Made by a program: the position numbers and the translations under genes
Notes under the pieces: generated by a model
Databases searched by the model: none
What the model saw: only the letters and a program-made list of their open reading frames with translations
What the model was told of the DNA's origin: nothing
DNA from: Candidatus Nomurabacteria bacterium RIFCSPHIGHO2_02_40_30
GTDB lineage: Bacteria > Patescibacteriota > Minisyncoccia > Phycocordibacterales > UBA9973
Direction of reading: 5' to 3'
Length of the DNA stretch: 61,500 nucleotides
NCBI GenBank assembly: GCA_001785445.1
Contig: MFTV01000009.1
Location: 1-61,500 of the forward strand
Part shown: positions 1 through 8,120 of the stretch, one piece after another
Numbering within the stretch: position 1 is the stretch's first letter
How the letters are laid out: each line of letters starts with the position of its first letter

Positions 1-3000
1 AATACCTGAACTTGCTAATGCGCCAACAGCGGTGACTGCTCCAGTAATAATATCTAACTTACCAACTGGCCCCGTCGTCCCGATGCCGACATTGCCACCG
101 CCTGTTATCCTGACTTTTTCCGTGTCGGTAACGAATGTGATCGGCTCGGAACTGCCACCCGTATCTAGCATTATTCCTTTTGGAGAGATAATTGAACAAT
201 CGTTAGAACCGGCAATACCGCATTCAATACTGCCTTCAATATCTAACTTTTGCCCGGGAGTTGTCGTCCCGATGCCGACGTTGCCGGCTTCAAAGATAGC
301 CGCATAATTGTTGGTAGCCCCAGTGGCGGTGGCGTACAGTCCCACATTAGTGGTGGAAGCTCCGGTCTTGCTGAAGTATCCCGCATAGCCGGTGCCGGTG
401 ATAGCTCCGGTATGAGCCACATTCAAACCCATGGAAGAAGCTGTGGTGGAAGCTGAAGCAATACCCACCCCGCCAGAAACCACAAGCGCTCCGGTGGTGG
501 AAGAAGTGGAAGCGGTGGTGTTTGTCACCGTCGTTAATCCGCTGGATGTCAAAGTGGTGAAGGCGCCAGCCAGCGGCGTGGTAGTTCCGATGATTACATT
601 ATTTAATTGCTGACCACCGCCGGAGATAGTGCCGGTTAAGGTAGTCGCTCCAAATTTGGTTACTGTAAGAGTGTCTGTGGCAAAGGTCATATCCGCATCA
701 TCCACCAGAAGTCCAGCAGTGCCCGCGAAGGTGACTCTGCCGGCTGTGAGGGCGGAGTTGGTGATGGAGCTAGAAGCAGTGAGAGTCGGAATGGTAACCG
801 TGCCCGAGCCAAAAGTCACTGCTCGGTTGGTCGTGGTGTTGATGCCGAGAGTGCCGGTGCCAGTCATGTCTAAAATTGCGCTGTTGCCAGCCAGGACGAC
901 AGAAGTAGAATTAATTGTTGTTGCGCCGGTGCCAGTAGCAAAGGTATTACTGCCTGTGACTGTAGTCGCCCCGTTCAAAGAGATAGCTCCTGTGCCAGTA
1001 GAAAATGTATTTGCTCCTGTTTGTGTGAATCCGGCAGCCACCGTCATTGTTCCGTTCGAAGTTATTCCCGAAGTGGCCGTAATCAATCCCGAAATCGTCG
1101 GAGTAGCCGTCCAAGCAGTTGGGTTTATCGTCAAAGTAGTAGCAGCTTTACCTAAATTAGTCGCAGTCGAGTTCGTAGTTCCCAAATTTAAAATTCCGGC
1201 TGAGTCTACGGTCATCGTGCCGGAAGTGGCCGTCTGGATGGTCAGGTTGCCGGAAGTATTGTTCCAAGAAGAAGTGCCGCCGGAAGCGATGACCAAGGCG
1301 CCGGTGGAATTTCCGATGTTTGTCGCAGCCGTTCCCGTGGCATTAATATTTCCTGTCCCTGTTACCGTGATCCCCCCCGTACCTTGAATGAGTCCGGTGC
1401 CGGAATTTACTCCCACCCCAGTGATGGCGCCGGCGTTTGAGACGACGAAGTTGCTCGAGGTGATGTAGTTGGTGGCGAATGTGCCGGAGAGGTTAATGCC
1501 GTTGGTAATGTTTGAAGCCGTGCCGGCAGTAATTTTCAATCCATCAGTTGCCACTATTTGGTTGCCTGTTGCCGTGTCGTTGTTTTCCAGAGAAAGTATT
1601 GAAGCCACGGCGGCGTCGGTGGATGACGAATCATTTTGCTTGACGGCAACTCTTCCCGCGGTTTCGGTATTTCCCGCTACGGAAGTATTCTGGGTGAACT
1701 GCACATCGAGTCCAGCGATGGAGCCGGTGGAGACGGCAGTGGTGCCTTGAGCATTAGTCACGTTGAGTTGGTTGGCGCTCCAGGCGGTGTTAGCGGCAGA
1801 GTTGTTACTAGAAGTAATATTGGAAGCGCTACCCGAAGTCAAAGAGTTAGCAGTTACCCCAAGTACTGTGCCAGTAGTCGAAACTCCAGTGAAAGAAAAA
1901 GCCGTGCCGGTAGCATCATCGCTGGTGGCTGCTATCTCACCACTTGAAATCGTGAGGTCGCCATCGGTTAAAGTAACCGAGCCGGTGGTGAGGGTGAGAG
2001 TGGCTGTCTCTGCTCCAGCTCCAGCTAGAGTAATGAGTCCTGTGCCCAGGAAGTTGACTGTAGGGTTGGTAGTGGTATTACCGAGAGAAATGTTCTCACT
2101 GGAGTTAGTAGTAGTGACATTAAGGTAATTGTTAGAGCCTTCGGAGATGGTTAAAGCAGAAGCAGTGTTGTCATCAATGTCGAAGTCAGTGGTGCCGTTG
2201 AAAACAATGCCTCCAGCTAGAGTGGAAGTGCCGGTGACAGCGAGGGTAGCAATGCTAGCATTTCCAGAGACAGTAACATTGTTGAGAGTTGAAGTTCCAG
2301 TAACATGCAGGATAGTGGAAGTTAAGTCTTGAGCTCCAAGAGCGGTGAAGCCGCCGAGGGTGCCTATCGGATTGTTCTGTGGAGCGGAGGGAGCCGTGGT
2401 GCCAAAGTTGTAGCCTACTGGACCTTGGACATTGTTGAGACTTGAGGGAGCAGGTAAGCCTTGTGGACCTTCCGCTCCCTGTTCACCCTGGAGTCCCTTG
2501 GGACCACGCAGCAGGGAGAGGAATTCCGGTTTCTTGAGCAAAGTTTGCAGAGTGGAGAGCAGAGAGGGGTCATAATTTGAAGCTATCTGGCCTGTATCAG
2601 GCGAACTTAATTTTTCTATAACTGGAGGCAGAACTTGCGCCACATAATTTCTAAAAGCTTTAAATAACTCTATCTGGTTGACCATTACTGCAGTTTCACC
2701 ATCTCCTTGGCTCGCTGGAGCCGAAGGCGGAGGAGAGGAAACCTCCCCGCCTTGTGAAGGAGGGGGGTTATTAAGCGGCGTGGTCGCAACATAACTTTTG
2801 TAAGCCGAGAAAAGTTCTGACTGGCTAATATTAACCGCCACCGCTTCAGGCTTAGGCTCAGCCACATAACTCTTGAAGGCACTGAATAAGTCCGATTGAT
2901 CTACCGCCACCTGGGGCGCAGACGCAGGCTCCATGTAAGCTTGAAAGTCTTTCATTAGAGAATCACTGCTGGTAGCCGCTAAAGCCGGCTGTGGAAAAAG

Positions 3001-3096
3001 GGGGAATATCGTGGGGAAAAGAAAAAAAGCTAAGATGAAATATCTAAAAATAAATTTCCAGAGTAATAATCTTTTTATGCAGATTTTACTTGCCAT
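1..3096 (-). CDS. Large secreted repeat (adhesin-like) surface protein, N-terminal 1032 codons; the C-terminus runs off the window
   Basis: The reverse-strand frame from ATG 3096-3094 has no stop down to nt 1; I checked every + strand frame-1 triplet for tta/cta/tca. It is absent from the ORF track only because it has no in-window stop. The N-terminus MASKICIKRLLLWKFIFRYFILAFFLFPTIFPLFPQPALAATS is signal/anchor-like. It is followed by four xLFxAFKSYV-type repeats, a GPKGLQGEQGAEGPQGLP collagen-like run, and about 800 aa of T/G/S/A/N-rich repeats. Confidence 0.8.
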   Translation of the reverse strand, partial: MASKICIKRLLLWKFIFRYFILAFFLFPTIFPLFPQPALAATSSDSLMKDFQAYMEPASAPQVAVDQSDLFSAFKSYVAEPKPEAVAVNISQSELFSAYKSYVATTPLNNPPPSQGGEVSSPPPSAPASQGDGETAVMVNQIELFKAFRNYVAQVLPPVIEKLSSPDTGQIASNYDPSLLSTLQTLLKKPEFLSLLRGPKGLQGEQGAEGPQGLPAPSSLNNVQGPVGYNFGTTAPSAPQNNPIGTLGGFTALGAQDLTSTILHVTGTSTLNNVTVSGNASIATLAVTGTSTLAGGIVFNGTTDFDIDDNTASALTISEGSNNYLNVTTTNSSENISLGNTTTNPTVNFLGTGLITLAGAGAETATLTLTTGSVTLTDGDLTISSGEIAATSDDATGTAFSFTGVSTTGTVLGVTANSLTSGSASNITSSNNSAANTAWSANQLNVTNAQGTTAVSTGSIAGLDVQFTQNTSVAGNTETAGRVAVKQNDSSSTDAAVASILSLENNDTATGNQIVATDGLKITAGTASNITNGINLSGTFATNYITSSNFVVSNAGAITGVGVNSGTGLIQGTGGITVTGTGNINATGTAATNIGNSTGALVIASGGTSSWNNTSGNLTIQTATSGTMTVDSAGILNLGTTNSTATNLGKAATTLTINPTAWTATPTISGLITATSGITSNGTMTVAAGFTQTGANTFSTGTGAISLNGATTVTGSNTFATGTGATTINSTSVVLAGNSAILDMTGTGTLGINTTTNRAVTFGSGTVTIPTLTASSSITNSALTAGRVTFAGTAGLLVDDADMTFATDTLTVTKFGATTLTGTISGGGQQLNNVIIGTTTPLAGAFTTLTSSGLTTVTNTTASTSSTTGALVVSGGVGIASASTTASSMGLNVAHTGAITGTGYAGYFSKTGASTTNVGLYATATGATNNYAAIFEAGNVGIGTTTPGQKLDIEGSIECGIAGSNDCSIISPKGIMLDTGGSSEPITFVTDTEKVRITGGGNVGIGTTGPVGKLDIITGAVTAVGALASSGI

Positions 3097-3117
3097 TTTT
3101 TATGTTTTGACCCTTAT

Positions 3118-3126
3118 ATTATAGCA
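3118..3126 (-). promoter_or_regulatory. Extended -10 box (TGCTATAAT) upstream of the surface-protein gene
   Basis: The reverse complement of 3118-3126 reads TGCTATAAT, 21 nt upstream of ATG 3096. Confidence 0.4.
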
Positions 3127-3149
3127 ATAATACACTAGCCCCAAAAGAG

Positions 3150-3178
3150 AAAAAGTGGGGATAACTTCCCACCTTTTT
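3150..3178. terminator. Weak bidirectional hairpin (A-run, GTGGG, loop, CCCAC, T-run)
   Basis: GTGGG 3155-3159 pairs with CCCAC 3168-3172 and is flanked by A5/T5. It lies just downstream of the - strand stop at 3203. The stem is only 5 bp. Confidence 0.3.
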
Positions 3179-3215
3179 AGCCACCCAAAAAATTGCAAAA
3201 TTTTACCCAAAAATC

Positions 3216-3242
3216 CCAGATAGAGCCTTAGACTCTATCTGG
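3216..3242. repeat. REP-1 hairpin copy a: CCAGATAGAG-CCTTAGA-CTCTATCTGG
   Basis: Perfect 10-bp stem with a 7-nt loop. It overlaps the last codons (..QIESKALSG..) of the RAYT-like gene. Confidence 0.85.
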
Positions 3243-3697
3243 TAATTATCTTCTTCTACTAGAGATGTTTGTCCTCTTTCTTCCCTTACAATTGAAACGA
3301 TTTCATCACAGTGTTTTTTGAAACTTTTACTACCACCAAAAGTATCTAAAACTATTTTTCCTTCTGTTGCAGAAATAATCTTGAAATTATGATTTTCGTA
3401 CTCATAATCACTAGCAGAGACAAGGTGCATTTTATTTTTTGGAATATTATGGACTTTGTAGTTCTTGTTTACATAGCCAATAATTTTATTAAAGTAGTTT
3501 TCGTTATTGGCAAGGTTTGATTTAAAAGTTCCCTGAAAAAGTGAGCCAGAACGACTATTTTTTACATTAAAATAATAAGTGTAACCTCCTTGTAATTTTT
3601 GCATGAATTTAGCTATCCCGCCATCCACTAATTGCTTTAAAACAAAATGAAAATGATTCGGGTTGAGACAATAAGCCACAAAAGCAACCAACGGCTC

Positions 3698-3720
3698 AGA
3701 TAGAGCCTTAGACTCTATCT
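3698..3720. repeat. REP-1 hairpin copy b, inside the RAYT-like ORF: AGATAGAG-CCTTAGA-CTCTATCT
   Basis: Identical 23-mer to copy a in the same orientation. It is translated in frame as EIESKALS. Confidence 0.85.
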
Positions 3721-3910
3721 CTGTTTTTCTAAGATTTGATAAGCTTATTATTCCGTCAACTTGATTAAATTCAATCATGCTTTCAATAAAACGACGCATG
3801 TCGTTTTTGTCACTAAAAATATTGCGCTTGTCTACTCCTCGATTGTATATGTGATAATACTCACCTGTTACTATTGTTTGTTTTCTCATATAAAAATTGT
3901 ACCACATCCC

Positions 3911-3933
3911 AGATAGAGTCTAAAGCTCTATCT
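3911..3933. repeat. REP-1 hairpin copy c, inverted orientation: AGATAGAG-TCTAAAG-CTCTATCT
   Basis: Same 8-bp stem. The loop is the reverse complement of the copy a/b loop with one mismatch. It lies between the RAYT-like start (3907) and mreC, and the mreC stop codon (3920-3922) is in the loop. Confidence 0.85.
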
Positions 3934-4714
3934 CTACCTCCACAAACTTCAGCTCCTGTATATTCGCCGGAGATACGAGAAGCGCTTTTTGAAAAGAATC
4001 CCGAGGGTCAGAAAGAACTGTCTCTACGACTGCTAAAACATGTGGCATAATTCCCGGTAAAACCACTTCACTGCCTTTTGACAAGTTGAAGTCTTTTGGG
4101 ATAGCCATTTCGAAATTCCCTCCCCCTCGGCCGACAACTTCCATAAAGATATTCTTATTTATTACCACTTGTGTTTTCTCGCCACTGTTAGAAAACAAAA
4201 TTACTTTTGAGGAATACGCATGAACTTCAGCAATACGCCCGATGGGAATATTGCCCAAAGCGAAAACACTATCTCCAACTTTCACTCCTTGTTTTAAGCC
4301 GATGTCAATGACCAGAGTATCGTAAAAACTCTTATTCGGCTTGGCTAAAATAGCTGACACGATCACGGATGTTTTGGTATTTTTTCTACCTAAAATTTCT
4401 TTCAAAAAAATGTTTTCGTCCAGAATAGAATTATAATTGGCCATTTTTGCCTCATCTTCTATAAGTTTCATTTTCAAATTTTCATTTTCTAAATATAGAG
4501 AATTCTTGAACAGAAAATAAGATTTTAAGTTTGAAAATTTATCACCAGTGTAGTTGCCCGCAACTAAAACCGGACGAAAGATAAAAATACCTACAGATGA
4601 GGCTCCATCCATAATGTCTGCCCTAAAATAAAACAGGGCAAAAAAAATAACTACAAAAAAAATAGTTTGAAAAAACTTTTTTCTCTTTATTTTTTTATCT
4701 ACCAAGTAACTCAT
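3920..4714 (-). CDS. mreC: Rod shape-determining protein MreC
   Basis: N-terminal TM segment and a coiled-coil (LENENLKMKLIEDEAKM), then a beta-rich C-terminal region. It lies immediately downstream of mreB. Confidence 0.75.
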   Translation of the reverse strand: MSYLVDKKIKRKKFFQTIFFVVIFFALFYFRADIMDGASSVGIFIFRPVLVAGNYTGDKFSNLKSYFLFKNSLYLENENLKMKLIEDEAKMANYNSILDENIFLKEILGRKNTKTSVIVSAILAKPNKSFYDTLVIDIGLKQGVKVGDSVFALGNIPIGRIAEVHAYSSKVILFSNSGEKTQVVINKNIFMEVVGRGGGNFEMAIPKDFNLSKGSEVVLPGIMPHVLAVVETVLSDPRDSFQKALLVSPANIQELKFVEVEIEL

Positions 4715-4720
4715 GATAGC

Positions 4721-5767
4721 TCATCTTGGTGGCAGTTCATCCAATTGCCCGATTAAAACATCTTTATAAAACGGAACATTGTCTAGGATCACCCCTGTAC
4801 CTCTGGCTACTGCCGAAAGCGGGTCTTCGACTACATACACTGGAATTTTAAGGACACTATGGAGAAGCTGGTCGAGGCCGGCGATGAGCGCGCCACCACC
4901 GGTGAGCGTGATGCCTCGATGCATTATATCAGAGAGAATTTCCGGTGGTGTTGTCTCCAGCATATCTTTCACGCCTTCCACCAACTCTTTTATGGACGAA
5001 GAAAATGCGTCCCGAATATCGGCATCGTTGACTACCACGGCTCGAGGAAGTCCAGTGAGAAGGTCACGTCCGTGAACTTCTGTTTCCATGTAACCTACCG
5101 GTAAGACAGAGCCGATGGCAATCTTGACCATTTCTGCCGTCCTCTCCCCTACAAGAATTTTAAATTCATCGCGCATATAGCTAATGATGTCGTTGTTCAA
5201 CCTGTCGCCAGCTATTTTTAAATTTTTTGATTTAACTATTCCTCCCAAAGAAATTACTGCGATATCAGTAGTCCCGCCGCCAATGTCTATAATCATCGAG
5301 CCGACAGGTTCCTTGATGGGTAGCCTGATGCCGATGGCCGCCGCCATCGGCTCTTCCACTAGGAATACAACTCTGGCGCCGGCGCTTCTGGCCGCATCAT
5401 ACACTGCCCGTGTCTCGACATTGGTAGTACCGGAAGGCACGCCGATCAAGACCCTGGGCCGAGCTAATTTTTTAGACATTCTGTCCGCTTTATTGATTAA
5501 ATATGAAAGCATTTCTTCGGTAACTTCAAAATCTGAAATAACACCGTCGACAAGTGGACGAATGGCGCGGATGTGCCCTGGGGTACGGCCGAGCATTTCT
5601 TTAGCTTTCCCGCCCACGGCCAGAATTTGATTGGTCTTGATATTGACCGCCACCACCGAAGGCTCGTTGATGACGATGCCGTGACCCTTCAAATACACGA
5701 GGGTATTTGAGGTCCCCAAGTCTATGCCGATGTCGTTAGAAATTAATTTGTAAATTTTATCGAACAT
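4721..5767 (-). CDS. mreB: Rod shape-determining actin homologue MreB
   Basis: DIGIDLGTSNTLVY, DIGGGTTD and the TLTGGGALI actin-fold motifs; 348 aa. Confidence 0.95.
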   Translation of the reverse strand: MFDKIYKLISNDIGIDLGTSNTLVYLKGHGIVINEPSVVAVNIKTNQILAVGGKAKEMLGRTPGHIRAIRPLVDGVISDFEVTEEMLSYLINKADRMSKKLARPRVLIGVPSGTTNVETRAVYDAARSAGARVVFLVEEPMAAAIGIRLPIKEPVGSMIIDIGGGTTDIAVISLGGIVKSKNLKIAGDRLNNDIISYMRDEFKILVGERTAEMVKIAIGSVLPVGYMETEVHGRDLLTGLPRAVVVNDADIRDAFSSSIKELVEGVKDMLETTPPEILSDIMHRGITLTGGGALIAGLDQLLHSVLKIPVYVVEDPLSAVARGTGVILDNVPFYKDVLIGQLDELPPR

Positions 5768-7002
5768 AACTCTTTCAGTGAAATTATTTTTCCCTTCTCT
5801 TCAGTACGCTTTTTTAATTCTATGCCGCCTTCTTTCATACTTCTCTCTGACACAACTGCGCGATAAGGAAGACCAAGCAAATCCGAATCGGCGAATTTCT
5901 CGCCGGCAGATATGCCGGTGCGGTCATCGAATAAAACTTCAATATTATTTTCTAATAAACTTTCATAAATTTTATTGGCTTCTTTAAAAACTTTTTCATT
6001 TTCACCTAAGACAAGCAAATGAAGAGTGTACGGAGCAATGGACTCCGGCCAAATGATGCCTTTGTCGTCCGAGAGAACTTCTACCACCGTACCCATCAAG
6101 CGAGCCGGACCTATGCCGTAAGACCCCATAAAAACAGGACTTTTACCTCCTTTCTCGTCTTCGAAAAGTAGATGCGGCTCCGAAAACTTTGTACCTAAAG
6201 TAAATATATTGCCAACTTCTACTGATTTTTCTTCCTTAAAATTTTCTCCCAGCTCTAAGTCTTTTTTAACCTCGTCGGTAAATACTTCTTTATTAATAGC
6301 TATGTTGTTCTCTTCGTTAATATATATCGTATCTTCTCCGGAAGGCGTCACCGTTTGAAATTCATGAGAAAATTTTGAGAAGACTCCGCCGGAAGCAAAA
6401 GTCAGATAGGTAATATGCCCGATGCCTATTCGTTTAAATATATTTATATAAGCCTGCTTCGCTTTCTCGTAAAAAATCAAGTGCTCTTTTTCGTTTCTTG
6501 AAAAGGAGTACAGGTCTTTCATCACAAATTCTCTGGTACGCATGATGCCGCTTTTGGCCCGAAGTTCGTTCCTGAATTTTGTTTGAAACTGGTAAACAGA
6601 AAAGGGTAAATCTCTGTAAGAATATACAAATTGTTCCATCATGTTGGAGATAGGTTCCTCATGAGTAAAAGCAAGACCTTTCTCACTGCCATCTTTTAAT
6701 TTAGTTTTAAACCAAATATCTACTTTGGCATCGTCCCATCTGTCTTGGTTGAAATGTTTTTGCCACAATTCTTGTCTCTGCAGAGACGACATGATTATTT
6801 CTTGGCCACCAATAGCATCCATCTCTTGCCGAATTATATTTTCTATTTTTTTTAGCACTCGCAACCCTAGCGGCAGATAATCATAAACCCCAGCCATTTC
6901 CTTGTTTATAAAACCTCCCCGAATAAGAAGCTCGGCGCTCCTTGACACCTCATCTGCGGGAACTTCCTTCCTAGTTTTGGTAAAAAGTTTAGATTGCAAC
7001 AT
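5743..7002 (-). CDS. proS: Prolyl-tRNA synthetase, bacterial-type N-terminus but short (419 aa, no INS editing insertion)
   Basis: MLQSKLFTKTRKEVPADEVSRSAELLIRGGFI..GVYDYLPLGLRVLKKIENIIRQEM matches the ProRS N-terminus, and class II motifs are present. It overlaps mreB by 25 nt. Confidence 0.9.
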   Translation of the reverse strand: MLQSKLFTKTRKEVPADEVSRSAELLIRGGFINKEMAGVYDYLPLGLRVLKKIENIIRQEMDAIGGQEIIMSSLQRQELWQKHFNQDRWDDAKVDIWFKTKLKDGSEKGLAFTHEEPISNMMEQFVYSYRDLPFSVYQFQTKFRNELRAKSGIMRTREFVMKDLYSFSRNEKEHLIFYEKAKQAYINIFKRIGIGHITYLTFASGGVFSKFSHEFQTVTPSGEDTIYINEENNIAINKEVFTDEVKKDLELGENFKEEKSVEVGNIFTLGTKFSEPHLLFEDEKGGKSPVFMGSYGIGPARLMGTVVEVLSDDKGIIWPESIAPYTLHLLVLGENEKVFKEANKIYESLLENNIEVLFDDRTGISAGEKFADSDLLGLPYRAVVSERSMKEGGIELKKRTEEKGKIISLKELCSIKFTN

Positions 7003-7008
7003 TCCCCT

Positions 7009-7037
7009 ATCTTACTCGAAAAAATCCTTTTGGTCAA
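7009..7037 (-). promoter_or_regulatory. Sigma70-type promoter TTGACC-17 nt-TAAGAT, with the -10 ending 6 nt before the proS ATG
   Basis: On the - strand this reads TTGACC aaaaggattttttcgag TAAGAT agggga ATG(7002). Confidence 0.6.
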
Positions 7038-7043
7038 AACAAG

Positions 7044-7072
7044 AAAACTGCTAGGTCTTGCCTAGCAGTTTT
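7044..7072. repeat. REP-2 hairpin, left copy: AAAACTGCTAGG-TCTTG-CCTAGCAGTTTT
   Basis: Perfect 12-bp stem with a 5-nt loop, ending 4 nt before the RAYT-like copy 2 start. Confidence 0.85.
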
Positions 7073-7076
7073 CTAA

Positions 7077-7766
7077 ATGTATAATGTATTTATGTCTATC
7101 AGAAAAGTAAATTTAGTTAATGGAGAATATTACCATGTATACAATCGTGGAAATAGTAAGCAGAAAATTTTTCATGATAATGAAGATTACTTTCGTTTTA
7201 TAAGTCTTATGTATGCTTGTAATTCTGTAAATAATTTTAGAATTTTTACTCTTGCTAAAGAAGAAAGTCCTTACGATTTTGAAAGAGGGAAGCAAATTGT
7301 ATCTATTGGATCTTATTGCCTTATGCCTAACCATTTTCATATCCTTATTACTCAAACAGAAGAAAGAGGTATTAGTAAATTTATACAGAAACTTACTACT
7401 GCTTATGTAATGTATTACAACAAAAAATATAAAAGAACAGGTGGACTATTTGAGGGTAAATTTAAATCTGAGCATTTAAACAATGACCGCTATTTAAAAT
7501 ATTTATTCTCATACATTCATCTAAATCCTATAAAACTTATACAAAAAGATTGGAAAGAAGTTGGAATTAGAAATAAAAAAGAAGCTCTTGGATATTTACA
7601 AAGTTACAAATATTCAAGCTATCTTGATTTTTTAGAGATAAAAAGAATTCAAAATAAGCTATTAAATATAGAAACTTTTCCAGAATATTTTCCAAACAAA
7701 AAATCATTTCAAAAAGAAATCTTTGAATGGTTAAGTTATAACAATGAATTGCTAGGCAAGACCTAG
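7077..7766 (+). mobile_element. RAYT / IS200-like Y1 (HUH) transposase family protein, copy 2
   Basis: GEYYHVYNRG, the HUH motif in CLMPNHFHILITQ, and YLFSYIHLNPIKL (the catalytic-Tyr YxxxNP motif, as in E. coli RayT). It is flanked by REP-2 hairpins in inverted orientation. Confidence 0.8.
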
Positions 7767-7786
7767 CAGTTTGACCTAGCAGTTTG
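7750..7786. repeat. REP-2 hairpin, right copy (inverted: TGCTAGG-CAAGA-CCTAGCA) plus a 13-nt tandem duplication ACCTAGCAGTTTG x2
   Basis: The reverse complement of the left copy (one mismatch) spans 7750-7769 and contains the RAYT stop codon TAG (7764-7766). ACCTAGCAGTTTG occurs at 7761-7773 and again at 7774-7786. Confidence 0.85.
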
Positions 7787-7806
7787 ATAAAAAAAGAAAT
7801 AAAAAT

Positions 7807-7837
7807 GAGCAACATTTCCTCCTTTCGGATGTTGCTC
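7807..7837 (-). terminator. Rho-independent terminator for the Cys-rich ORF
   Basis: GAGCAACAT (7807-7815) pairs with ATGTTGCTC (7829-7837). On the - strand it is followed by ATTTTTATTTCTTTTTTT. Confidence 0.6.
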
Positions 7838-7850
7838 GTTTGTGAGAAGT

Positions 7851-8120
7851 TTATTCCCCTCTTGCCCTCTTTAACAGACATGCCCCCTCGGGAATTTCAG
7901 TAAGAAATTCCCCTACAATTTGAGCACTGGCACGTCTAAGTACATAATGCTCCTCGGAACAGTCATAAAATATGAGTTTGAAATCCCATTCAATTCCCTC
8001 ACATTTTTGGAATTTCCATCCATCTGGTATTGCCTCCGAGGGACATTCACATAAATCAAGCGTAGGATCCACATACACTCCGCAGACCTCGCATTTAACC
8101 TGATCGACAACATCACACAT
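7851..8120 (-). CDS. Small Cys-rich hypothetical protein (CxxC, CxC), 89 aa from the ATG
   Basis: ORF MCDVVDQVKCEVCGVYVDPTLDLCECPSE... has a GAGG Shine-Dalgarno-like motif about 5 nt upstream of ATG 8120 and its own terminator. The track's longer version starts at a TTG (8138). Confidence 0.45.
   Translation of the reverse strand: MCDVVDQVKCEVCGVYVDPTLDLCECPSEAIPDGWKFQKCEGIEWDFKLIFYDCSEEHYVLRRASAQIVGEFLTEIPEGACLLKRARGE

Larger units (their letters stand above)
3203..3907 (-). mobile_element. RAYT / IS200-like Y1 (HUH) transposase family protein, copy 1
   Basis: The N-terminal GEYYHIYNRG motif, the HUH motif in CLNPNHFHFVLKQ and a Tyr-containing GYVNKNYK region are as in PF01797-type Y1 transposases. 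The gene is bracketed by copies of its own hairpin repeat. Confidence 0.7.

Noticed and set aside
32-2332. Eight + strand ORFs in the track (32-307, 250-456, 431-613, 629-1387, 1469-1750, 1636-1947, 1763-2128, 2129-2332) that encode V/P/A-rich peptides
   Set aside because: They lie antisense to a single uninterrupted 1032-codon - strand frame with a signal peptide, a promoter and coherent repeat architecture. The V/P/A-rich content is simply the complement of T/G/S/A codons. They are fragmented across frames and overlap one another.
2669-2678. Isolated CTCTATCTGG half-site of the REP-1 hairpin inside the surface-protein gene
   Set aside because: Only one arm is present, with no complementary partner nearby. 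A single 10-mer match in about 123 kb of two-strand sequence is within chance expectation.
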